From the NCBI GenBank assembly GCA_016185865.1, contig JACPMU010000044.1, positions 1 through 33,947 of the forward strand: a DNA stretch of 33,947 bases, in the 5' to 3' direction. The stretch comes from Candidatus Woesearchaeota archaeon (GTDB taxonomy: Archaea > Nanobdellota > Nanobdellia > Woesearchaeales > GW2011-AR4). A model generated the notes under the pieces. It did not search any database and was not told the DNA's origin. It was given only the letters and a program-made list of their open reading frames with translations. A program made the translations under genes and the position numbers. Positions 7,287 through 14,982 of the stretch are shown piece by piece; position 1 is the first letter of the stretch; every line of letters starts with the position of its first letter.

Positions 7287-10200
7287 ATGGATTCAAAAGA
7301 AGACGAAGAGATATCTATTGACTTTGGCAAGATTAAAAAATTCTTCAAGAGCGATAAGAAAGAAGAAGACAAGAGTGTAGATGAAACTTCTGCAAAAACA
7401 GAGAAGGAAGATGATGAAATATCTATCGACTTTGGAAAAATAAAAAATTTCTTCAAGAGCGATAAGAAAGAGGAGAAAACGGAAGAAGAAGCTGAAAAAA
7501 AGGAAGATGACGAGATATCTATAGACTTTGGCAAGATTAAAAAATTTTTAAAATCCGGTGAAAAGGAAGCTGGAAATGCAGATGGTGATATAACAATAGA
7601 ATGGGGCAAAATTGGTGATTTCTTCAAAAAATACGGCGTTGTTTTCATTGCATTGATTCCTATAATCCTTTCAATCTACGTCAGAATGCAGGCCGGATTA
7701 CTGCCCATAACTGATGACTGGGCTGCAAACAGCGTGATAAATGGAATTAAATCTCAAATAAGGTCTTCGATTGACCAGCAATATCCCAATCTGCCTGATG
7801 CAAACAAAAATGCCCTTGTTGATACCGAGTTGCAGAAGATTTTAACCCAAAACAAAGCGCAAATTGATCAGCAGATAAAAGCCACCTCGCAGTACTTTAA
7901 ATCATTTTATCAAGACGAAAACGGAAAGAACTACATGCCGGACATTGATCCTTATTACTGGCTCAGGTATGCAGAAAATATTGTTGAGCATGGGCATCCT
8001 GGCGATGTATTAAAGGACGGAAGACCCTTTGATAACTACCAATTGGCTCCTATGGGCAGGTTTGTAGTGCCTGATATGTTTCATTCGTATTCATGGGCTT
8101 ATTTTCACAAATTTTTGCGTTTTATTATGCCTGACTTAACATTAATACATTCTGGGTTTTATCTCACTATTTTTATTTCAGCATTATGTGTTTTGCTAGT
8201 ATTCCTGATTGCAAGAAAAATTGCCGGCAATATCGGAGGATTTTTTGCGGGATTAATAATGGCTGTAAATGGCGCATTCTTATCAAGGTCATTGCACCCG
8301 GACAATGATATATGGGTCATCTTCTTTCCTTTGCTGATTACTTGGTTATTTTTAGTCATCATAGATATTAATAACATCATAAAAATAATATTTTTTACTG
8401 TACTTGCTGGATTTTTTACCGGATTATATACTCGCGCTTGGGCTGGCTGGTGGCATATATTTAACTTTTTATTAGTAACCATGCTGATTGAATTAATGTA
8501 TTTAGCATCAATTAATTTTACCATCAAAAAGGATTTAAGATTTATCTTTTCCAATTTAACTATCAGAAATCTTATCATTATCTTTGTGGTTTATTTCCTA
8601 TCAACAGCTATTTTCATAACTATATTTTCAGCTTGGCATATATTTATAGGCGGCTTCCTTGGACCATTAAGCTTTCCCTCAATTAAATCGCCCGTAGAGT
8701 CGTCATTATGGCCAAATGTGCTTACAACCGTTGCTGAATTAAATGAAGGTTCAATCAACAATATTATAAACTCTGTAGGAGGCCCATTTCTTTTTTTCAT
8801 AAGCCTGCTGGGTCTGATTCTGGCAATATCCAGAAGAGAAGGGCTAAAGAAATTTGATTTTTTTTATATAACTGGCACGTTCATTTTTTATGGTGCGTAC
8901 TTTTTATTTAGAAGGGTCGGATTTGACATATCTGTTTTTGGTTTGTTGATTTGGATAATGCTCCCGATTTTTATAAGAATTGGCATTTCAGTCTACAAAA
9001 AAGATTCGTCCTACGATTTCAAGCTTTCTATACTATTGTCTTTGTGGACTGCATCAACTATTTTTGCCGGAATTAAAGGCATTCGATTCACCTTATTGCT
9101 GGCCCCTGCATTTAGCGTAGCGTTTGGAGTTGCCCTTGGAAAAATCTATGTTTATTTATCAAGTGTGTTGAACAAAGAGCTCAAAATTCATAAAATTATA
9201 AGCAGTGTCATTTTGATTGCGTTACTGCTTTTGATGTACGCTAATCCTATCAGGGGCGCTGTCAGCAGTGCCGGAGCTGACATACCTATCATCAATGACG
9301 CATGGTATAGCGCCTTAGCTGCGATAAAACAAAACTCCAGCGAGAATGCAATCATTACTTCCTGGTGGGATTTTGGTCATCACTTCAAGGCTTTAGCCAA
9401 TAGACGAGTGACCTTTGATGGAACTACTCAAACTTCTGCAGCTGCCCACTGGGTTGGAAGATTGTTAATGACCAGTAACGAATCAGAGGCCATAGCTATT
9501 TTAAGGATGCTAGACTGTGGAAGTAACAACGCTTTTAGCGCTTTAGACGATGTAAATAAGGATACTCATTTATCATTGAGAATATTAAACCAAATTATGT
9601 TACTGGATAATAGAGATGCAGAAAAAAAGTTAAAAGCTCTCAAGTTTAATGAAGAGCAAATTGAAAAAATTCTTTCTTTCACGCACTGCGAGCCGCCGGA
9701 AGCTTATTTCATAGCCTCAGAAGATATGATCGGAAAGAGCGGCGTGTGGAGCCATTTTGGCAGCTGGAATTTTGAAAGGGCTGACATATGGCAAATTGCC
9801 AGAAAAATGACTAAAGATGACGCAATAGATTATATGGCAAAAAAATTCAACTATACAAAAGAAAGGGCTGAAAACACTTATTTTGAGGTACAGGCAATAT
9901 CGAGCGACAGCGAGGCCAATTCATGGGTTGCTCCATGGCCGGGTTATGGAGGCACTACCAGCTGCAGCAAAAATGCCCAAGAGGTTTATGTTTGCGGCAA
10001 CGGCCTTCAGGTAAATCTAAGCAACTACGATGTCTTTGGAATCGGCCAGCAAGGCATTGTAAGGCCCAAAGCAGCTGCATTCACAACCGAAGACGGTATT
10101 TTTAAGAAAGAATTTAATGGATCTTCTCTTGACTTTGGCGTAACTATCATCCCTAAAAATGAGAACGAGCTTGATGTAATTGTATCGAGCAAAGAATTAA

Positions 10201-10436
10201 CAGGAGGCATGTTTACGAGAATGTTTTACATGCAGGGGCATGGGCTCAGGTATTTCAAGCTGTTTAATAATCAGCGCGGATTAACAGGAACAAATATCTA
10301 TGTTTACAAAGTGGACTGGCAAGGCAAAAATCCGGCTATTGTTGATGATTATGTGAATATCCTGAAAGGCCCGGCCAAGGAAGAAGATGCGGCTGAAATC
10401 ATAAACCAGACACAAAACGATACAAATAGTTCCTAA
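7287..10436 (+). CDS. aglB: Archaeal oligosaccharyltransferase AglB (STT3 family) with a repeat-bearing N-terminal extension.
   Basis: 1049 aa with many TM helices. First-loop motif DIDPYYWLRY. Catalytic WWDFG at nt 9363..9377. Large C-terminal soluble domain. SD GAGGTGGT at 7271..7278. Confidence 0.9.
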   Translation: MDSKEDEEISIDFGKIKKFFKSDKKEEDKSVDETSAKTEKEDDEISIDFGKIKNFFKSDKKEEKTEEEAEKKEDDEISIDFGKIKKFLKSGEKEAGNADGDITIEWGKIGDFFKKYGVVFIALIPIILSIYVRMQAGLLPITDDWAANSVINGIKSQIRSSIDQQYPNLPDANKNALVDTELQKILTQNKAQIDQQIKATSQYFKSFYQDENGKNYMPDIDPYYWLRYAENIVEHGHPGDVLKDGRPFDNYQLAPMGRFVVPDMFHSYSWAYFHKFLRFIMPDLTLIHSGFYLTIFISALCVLLVFLIARKIAGNIGGFFAGLIMAVNGAFLSRSLHPDNDIWVIFFPLLITWLFLVIIDINNIIKIIFFTVLAGFFTGLYTRAWAGWWHIFNFLLVTMLIELMYLASINFTIKKDLRFIFSNLTIRNLIIIFVVYFLSTAIFITIFSAWHIFIGGFLGPLSFPSIKSPVESSLWPNVLTTVAELNEGSINNIINSVGGPFLFFISLLGLILAISRREGLKKFDFFYITGTFIFYGAYFLFRRVGFDISVFGLLIWIMLPIFIRIGISVYKKDSSYDFKLSILLSLWTASTIFAGIKGIRFTLLLAPAFSVAFGVALGKIYVYLSSVLNKELKIHKIISSVILIALLLLMYANPIRGAVSSAGADIPIINDAWYSALAAIKQNSSENAIITSWWDFGHHFKALANRRVTFDGTTQTSAAAHWVGRLLMTSNESEAIAILRMLDCGSNNAFSALDDVNKDTHLSLRILNQIMLLDNRDAEKKLKALKFNEEQIEKILSFTHCEPPEAYFIASEDMIGKSGVWSHFGSWNFERADIWQIARKMTKDDAIDYMAKKFNYTKERAENTYFEVQAISSDSEANSWVAPWPGYGGTTSCSKNAQEVYVCGNGLQVNLSNYDVFGIGQQGIVRPKAAAFTTEDGIFKKEFNGSSLDFGVTIIPKNENELDVIVSSKELTGGMFTRMFYMQGHGLRYFKLFNNQRGLTGTNIYVYKVDWQGKNPAIVDDYVNILKGPAKEEDAAEIINQTQNDTNSS
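7299..7632 (+). repeat. In-frame tandem repeat inside the aglB 5' end: three good copies plus one degenerate copy.
   Basis: Core GA(G/A)ATATCTAT(T/C/A)GACTTTGG(C/A)AA(G/A)AT(T/A)AAAAA.TT starts at 7308, 7416 and 7512 (periods 108 and 96 nt). It encodes (D/E)EISIDFGKIK(K/N)F(F/L)KS.... A degenerate fourth copy (ITIEWGKIGDFFKKY) lies at about 7587..7632, just before TM1. Confidence 0.9.
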
Positions 10437-11105
10437 ATGAAAATAAGCGATGTATGGGCTGTGATACCTGCCCGCAACGAGCAGAAGAATATTGCAGATG
10501 TAATAAAGAAGACGAAGAGATATGTAGGCAATGTTGTAATTGTTGATGACGGCAGCACCGACAGCACAAGAGAGTTTGCTGAAAAATCAGGCGCTATTGT
10601 GCTTGGGCATATAGTAAACCTTGGCAAGGGAGCAGCCCTGAAAACCGGATGTGATTATGCTTTCAAGAACGGCGCTAAATATGTAATTGTCCTGGATGCC
10701 GACTCCCAGCATAAGCCGGAAGACATACCGCGGTTTATCGGGAAACTGCAGAAATATGATATAGTTTTCAGCTATAGAAAAGCAAGCGGCAAAATGCCGA
10801 TAGTGCTTCGCTTCGGAAATTGGTTTATATCCAATGTTGTAAAGGTTTTGTATGGCATCGGGCTGAATGACACCCAATGCGGGTTCCGCGCTTTTTCAAA
10901 AGAAGCCTACAAGAAAATCAGGTGGAATGCATCGGATTATTCGATGGAATCTGAAATGATTTCAAGGGCAGGAAAGCAAAGCTTAAAATATGTGCAGATT
11001 CCCATCCAAACAATATACTCTGACAAGTACAAAGGCACTACGATATTAGATGGCATGAGAATAGTCACAAATATGTTTTGGTGGAAATTATTTAATAATA
11101 AGTAA
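10437..11105 (+). CDS. GT2-family glycosyltransferase (polyprenyl-phosphate sugar synthase-like).
   Basis: VIPARNEQKNI...VVIVDDGSTDST...LGKGAALKTG...VLDADSQH motifs. The ATG directly abuts the aglB TAA. Confidence 0.85.
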   Translation: MKISDVWAVIPARNEQKNIADVIKKTKRYVGNVVIVDDGSTDSTREFAEKSGAIVLGHIVNLGKGAALKTGCDYAFKNGAKYVIVLDADSQHKPEDIPRFIGKLQKYDIVFSYRKASGKMPIVLRFGNWFISNVVKVLYGIGLNDTQCGFRAFSKEAYKKIRWNASDYSMESEMISRAGKQSLKYVQIPIQTIYSDKYKGTTILDGMRIVTNMFWWKLFNNK

Positions 11106-11106
11106 A

Positions 11107-11439
11107 ATGGTACTGGGAATTCAGATAGCTGGAATTTTATTCGGATTGTTCATGATTTATTACTCCTTTCTGAACTACAAGAGGAAGGAATTCAGCTCAA
11201 AAGAAATATTCTTCTGGTCAGTAGTATGGATATTGTTTATTGCAATATCATTATTCCCGAATATCCTGGATCCGATAGTCAAAATAGGGGGGTTTTTAAG
11301 GGCTCTTGACTTGCTTATCATAAGCGGCTTTCTTTTCCTGATTGCAGCCATTTTCTATACGTATACTGTCACAAGAAAAGTGCAGAAAAAGCTTGAAACA
11401 GTAGTTCGGGACGTTGCAATGAGAAAGTACAGGAAATGA
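11107..11439 (+). CDS. Small 3-4 TM membrane protein, DUF2304-like GT2 partner.
   Basis: 110 aa. Starts 2 nt after the GT2 stop. The layout (hydrophobic N-terminus, ...LDLLIISGFLFLIAAIFYTY..., then a charged C-terminal helix) matches my memory of DUF2304 proteins that accompany GT2 genes. Confidence 0.55.
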   Translation: MVLGIQIAGILFGLFMIYYSFLNYKRKEFSSKEIFFWSVVWILFIAISLFPNILDPIVKIGGFLRALDLLIISGFLFLIAAIFYTYTVTRKVQKKLETVVRDVAMRKYRK

Positions 11440-11466
11440 CGCTTTTCTGACAGTATTTAAACAATA

Positions 11467-11474
11467 TTTAAATA
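11467..11474 (+). promoter_or_regulatory. TATA box for the GT9 gene.
   Basis: TTTAAATA centred about 27 nt upstream of ATG 11497. Confidence 0.45.
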
Positions 11475-11496
11475 ATGTATATTGTTACTTCTGGCT

Positions 11497-12636
11497 ATGG
11501 TAGTTATAATTAAATTTATTGACAAATACGTAGGGAATTTTGTGTGTAATTTTCTTGGCTTGTTCAAGGGAAAGAGGAATGGCGACAAGCCGAAAATTGA
11601 TAAAATACTGATTGTGCAGCTTTGGGGCATAGGGGAGACAATTTTAACGCTGCCTGCCATTGAAGCCCTCAAAGCTAAATTCCCCCATGCAGAGATGGAT
11701 GTCTTGGCCACGCCAAGAAACAAGGATGTTTATTTTAACAATAAAAGCATGGATTCTATTATCCCAATAAAATTAAACCCGTTTTCCATTGCATTGTTTA
11801 TTCTGAAGAATATTAAAAAATATGATTTGGCCATAGACATGGAGGAGTATCTTAATATTTCAGCGGTAATTTCATTTTGTGTGGGCAAAAAAATTGTTGG
11901 GTATTCTCATGGCGCAAGGGCAAAATTGTATGACGTAAAAATAAGATATAATGACAGGCAGCATGCTGTACAGACATTTCTCGATTTAGTGAGGTCTCTG
12001 GGGATTGACTACAATTTTGAGAAATTGCCAAAACTGAATTTCTCCAGGAATGACAAGAATTTTGTTGATAAGTTTTTGAAGAATAATGGAATCAAACGCA
12101 ATGATTTTGCTGTCTGCGTTGCTCCAGGAGCTGCAGAGTCCGCAAAAGCAAGAATGTGGCCTTATAAAAGATATGCTGAATTGTGCGAGGAGCTGATTGC
12201 CAAAAACAATGCCAAGGTAATTTTTGTCGGCAATTCTGATGAAATTCAGCTGATTGAAAGCATACAAAAAAGTATTGAAAAAAAGGACAAAACAATAAAC
12301 ACGGCTGGAAAAATAACTCTTAACCAGCTGTTTTATTTGATAAGCAGGTGCAGGCTTTTCATCGGCAATGACGCAGGACCTATGCACATAGCAGCAGCCC
12401 AGAGCATTAAAACATTGGGATTATTTGGCCCCAATCTGCCGGTAAGGTTTGGGCCTTATGGAAAAGGCAATATTGGACTGTACAAAGGGTATAACTGCGA
12501 ATTCAGCCCGTGCATTAATGTCCATAAAGGCCAGGTTCCGGATTGTTTGTACCCAAAAAACAGCAATGATTACCAGAAATGCATGAAAAACATAAGCGTT
12601 GACGATGTGCTGAAGGAAATTGAGAAGATAACCTAG
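11497..12636 (+). CDS. GT9-family glycosyltransferase (ADP-heptose-dependent heptosyltransferase-like).
   Basis: KILIVQLWGIGETILTLPAIEALKAKFPHAEMDVLA near the N-terminus and FIGNDAGPMHIAAAQSIKTLGLFGP near the C-terminus are classic GT9 signatures. The track start 11482 is TTG; ATG 11497 fits the TATA spacing. Confidence 0.8.
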   Translation: MVVIIKFIDKYVGNFVCNFLGLFKGKRNGDKPKIDKILIVQLWGIGETILTLPAIEALKAKFPHAEMDVLATPRNKDVYFNNKSMDSIIPIKLNPFSIALFILKNIKKYDLAIDMEEYLNISAVISFCVGKKIVGYSHGARAKLYDVKIRYNDRQHAVQTFLDLVRSLGIDYNFEKLPKLNFSRNDKNFVDKFLKNNGIKRNDFAVCVAPGAAESAKARMWPYKRYAELCEELIAKNNAKVIFVGNSDEIQLIESIQKSIEKKDKTINTAGKITLNQLFYLISRCRLFIGNDAGPMHIAAAQSIKTLGLFGPNLPVRFGPYGKGNIGLYKGYNCEFSPCINVHKGQVPDCLYPKNSNDYQKCMKNISVDDVLKEIEKIT

Positions 12637-13385
12637 GCGTTTACATGCAAATATTCCCCATAGGTGAAGAATCCAACCAATTGCTTCATCCTTGCCAGTT
12701 TTGGAAACAAATTTTTTTCCAATGACGCGGCTTCATCAAGCATCTCAAAAACTTCTGGGCTGAAAATGTAAATCCCTGCATTGACTATGTTTGTTGAATA
12801 ATGTTTTGGCTTTTCCTGGAAATCCACAATCAAATCACCATCTAGGATTGCTGTGCCGTAGCTGCTTGTTTTCTCTCTTGTCATCAGCCCCATTGTAGCA
12901 AGCTTTTCAGATTCCATGTGTTTTTTTATCATTTTTAACAGGTCAAAATTATTGTAAGTGTCGCCTGACATCACAACAAAGCTGTTATCCATTTTATCCT
13001 TTACAGCTTTTAATGCGTCTGCGTTTCCCTTTGCCTGCTTTTCAATAATTTCAACATTTATCTTGGCATCAGACATTTCATTGAGAAGCATATTTATATT
13101 TTTAGTATGCTGGGTTATGATATGTATTTTTTTGATGCCATGTTTTGAGAAAAAATCGATTTGGTGTCTGATTAACGATGCTCCTTTGATATATTTTAAT
13201 GCAAATGCCTGGTGCTCGCCCTTAAGCAGCAGTACAGCAGCATTGACTGATTGCTCCTGAAGCCCTTTTTTCAAAAAGTACTCTATTGCTTGCGACCTGC
13301 TTCTCATCACAGAGCCATCTACTTTAGAATCAACTAGCTTTAACAACGAGTTGTCAAGCGATATTGCTATTTTCGCTTTTATCAT
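12633..13385 (-). CDS. Ribbon-helix-helix (CopG-like) domain fused to a sugar-phosphate nucleotidyltransferase-like domain with a degenerate G-loop.
   Basis: N-terminus MIKAKIAISLDNSLLKLVD....RSRSQAIEYFLKKGL is an RHH pattern. The remainder has the NTP-transferase layout (KGNADALKAV, VMSGDTYNNFDL, FQEKPK, NAGIYIF). The LAGGxGTRL loop is replaced by LLLKGEHQAF. Clear paralog of 32074..32871. Confidence 0.75.
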   Translation of the reverse strand: MIKAKIAISLDNSLLKLVDSKVDGSVMRSRSQAIEYFLKKGLQEQSVNAAVLLLKGEHQAFALKYIKGASLIRHQIDFFSKHGIKKIHIITQHTKNINMLLNEMSDAKINVEIIEKQAKGNADALKAVKDKMDNSFVVMSGDTYNNFDLLKMIKKHMESEKLATMGLMTREKTSSYGTAILDGDLIVDFQEKPKHYSTNIVNAGIYIFSPEVFEMLDEAASLEKNLFPKLARMKQLVGFFTYGEYLHVNA

Positions 13386-13466
13386 AGGTATGATAAAGTA
13401 GTAGAAAGTATGACTTTATATTGTTTTATATGATACAGAATATAATTTGGCTCCAGAACCGAAAGA

Positions 13467-13474
13467 TTTAAATA
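13467..13474 (+). promoter_or_regulatory. TATA box of the gmhA operon.
   Basis: TTTAAATA lies 46 nt upstream of ATG 13520. SD-like GGTG at 13511..13514. The predicted transcription start falls inside the palindrome at 13487..13509. Confidence 0.45.
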
Positions 13475-13486
13475 CAAAAACAAGTT

Positions 13487-13509
13487 AAAGTATGAAATAT
13501 TCATACTTT
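13487..13509. promoter_or_regulatory. Operator-like palindrome AAAGTATGAA-ATA-TTCATACTTT.
   Basis: Perfect 10-bp inverted arms with a 3-bp spacer, located between the TATA box and the gmhA start. The same (G/A)TATGA core recurs at 13388, 13408 and 13428, with exact 20-bp spacing. Confidence 0.5.
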
Positions 13510-13519
13510 TGGTGCAACC

Positions 13520-14086
13520 ATGCAAAATGAAATAAAATCGATGATTAATGAAAGCATTGAAACAAAAAGATTAGTGCAGGCTTTATCCCAAAAAATTGAG
13601 GAAGCTGCCAATTTAGTGGTTAAAGTATTAAAAAGCGGCAAGAAAATAATTCTGGCAGGCAACGGAGGCTCATCAACACAGGCATCCCATATTGCAGCAG
13701 AGTTCGCAGGAAGGTACAAGCTTGAAAGAAAGGCTCTTCCGGCACTAGCATTGACAACTGACATGGCTGCAATAACCGCGATAGGCAATGACTACGGGTT
13801 TGAGAATGTGTTTGAAAGGCAGCTGGAAGCATTGGCCAATGAAGGCGATGTGTTTATTGCATTGTCAACAAGCGGCAATTCAGAAAATCTGATTAAAGCG
13901 GCAGAAGCTGCAAAAAAGCTTGATGTTCACGTTATAGGACTTCTTGGAAAAGACGGCGGCAAATTAAGGAATGCCTCAGATCTTGAGATAATAGTTCCTT
14001 CTACCAACACCCCCAGAATACAGGAGGCCCATCTCATGATTTTGCACATAATATGCGAATTGGCTGAAAAGGAGCTGTTTGGTTAA
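13520..14086 (+). CDS. gmhA: Sedoheptulose-7-phosphate isomerase (phosphoheptose isomerase, SIS domain).
   Basis: 188 aa with GNGGSSTQASHIAAEF, NDYGFENVFERQ and ALSTSGNSEN motifs. Pathway context. Confidence 0.9.
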   Translation: MQNEIKSMINESIETKRLVQALSQKIEEAANLVVKVLKSGKKIILAGNGGSSTQASHIAAEFAGRYKLERKALPALALTTDMAAITAIGNDYGFENVFERQLEALANEGDVFIALSTSGNSENLIKAAEAAKKLDVHVIGLLGKDGGKLRNASDLEIIVPSTNTPRIQEAHLMILHIICELAEKELFG

Positions 14087-14087
14087 A

Positions 14088-14981
14088 ATGCTGGACTTCA
14101 ATAAAATAAAAACTATCTCCATAAAACAGAGAAAAAATAAAGTTAAATTGAATGATTTAATCAGGCCTGAAAATTCCAAAGTTTTGATAAATACAAAAGA
14201 ATTTGATGAGCTGTCAAGTCATATAATTAATGCCTACAAAAGCAAGAAACAAATTATCCTGATGATGGGCGCCCATGTGATAAAGGTTGGAATGAGCCTT
14301 TTGATAATCGACCTTATGAAAAAAGGCATTATAAAGTATATTGCAATGAACGGCGCAGGCCCTATACATGATTTTGAGATTGCATTAATCGGAGAAACTT
14401 CTGAATATGTTGAAGATACAATTGAAGACGGGACATTTGGAATGATAGAAGAGACCGGCAGGATTTTGAATGAGGCAATCAAAGAAGGCGCTGAAAAGAA
14501 CTATGGATTGGGGTATTCTGTCGGAAAGAAAATAAGCGATTTAAACCTTCCAAACAAGGAATGCAGCATTTTATACAATGCTTACAAGCTAGGCACTCCA
14601 GCTACCGTGCATGTCGCAATCGGAACAGACATTATACACCAGCACCCGAGCTGCGACGGCGCTGCTGTTGGCAAAACAACATATCAAGATTTTAAAATTT
14701 TTGCAGAAAGCGTAAGCAAGCTTGAAGACGGAGTTGTATTAAACATAGGCTGCGCTGTAATACTGCCGGAAGTTTTTCTAAAAGCATTAACAATTGCAAG
14801 AAATCTTGGATTTAAGGTCGAGAAAATAACAGCAGCAAACCTTGACATGATCGATCATTACAGACCAAGGGAGAATGTTGTCCAGAGGCCGACTTCATTG
14901 GGAGGGAAAGGCTTTATAATCATTGAAAAGCACGAAAAGACAATTCCTACGCTGCACAGGGCACTAACGGAGGGGATTTGA
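14088..14981 (+). CDS. Deoxyhypusine-synthase-family-like protein (DHS-like NAD-binding fold); function uncertain.
   Basis: MMGAHVIKVGMSLLIIDLMKKGIIKYIAMNGAGPIHDFEIAL resembles the archaeal DHS pattern GA.v..Gm..i..L...g.vd.iv.tGAn..HD.ieal. Later AIGTD and SLGGKG segments. The track start 14079 is TTG; ATG 14088 lies 2 nt after the gmhA stop. Confidence 0.45.
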   Translation: MLDFNKIKTISIKQRKNKVKLNDLIRPENSKVLINTKEFDELSSHIINAYKSKKQIILMMGAHVIKVGMSLLIIDLMKKGIIKYIAMNGAGPIHDFEIALIGETSEYVEDTIEDGTFGMIEETGRILNEAIKEGAEKNYGLGYSVGKKISDLNLPNKECSILYNAYKLGTPATVHVAIGTDIIHQHPSCDGAAVGKTTYQDFKIFAESVSKLEDGVVLNIGCAVILPEVFLKALTIARNLGFKVEKITAANLDMIDHYRPRENVVQRPTSLGGKGFIIIEKHEKTIPTLHRALTEGI

Positions 14982-14982
14982 A

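Noticed and set aside
7268-7648. 126-aa minus-strand ORF with repeated PKSIDISSSSF, and the possibility that the 7299..7632 repeats are a CRISPR array or non-coding minisatellite.
   Set aside because: This ORF is the antisense shadow of the aglB N-terminal repeats. The repeats are in frame with aglB, have unequal periods (108/96/75 nt), have no unique spacers of constant length, and diverge mostly at conservative codon positions. They are coding repeats, not a CRISPR array.
12633-12636. Convergent genes sharing palindromic overlapping stop codons: CTAG at 12633..12636 and TTAA at 29838..29841.
   Set aside because: A neat consequence of compact gene packing. I see no hairpin or other signal that would indicate a functional element beyond shared termination.
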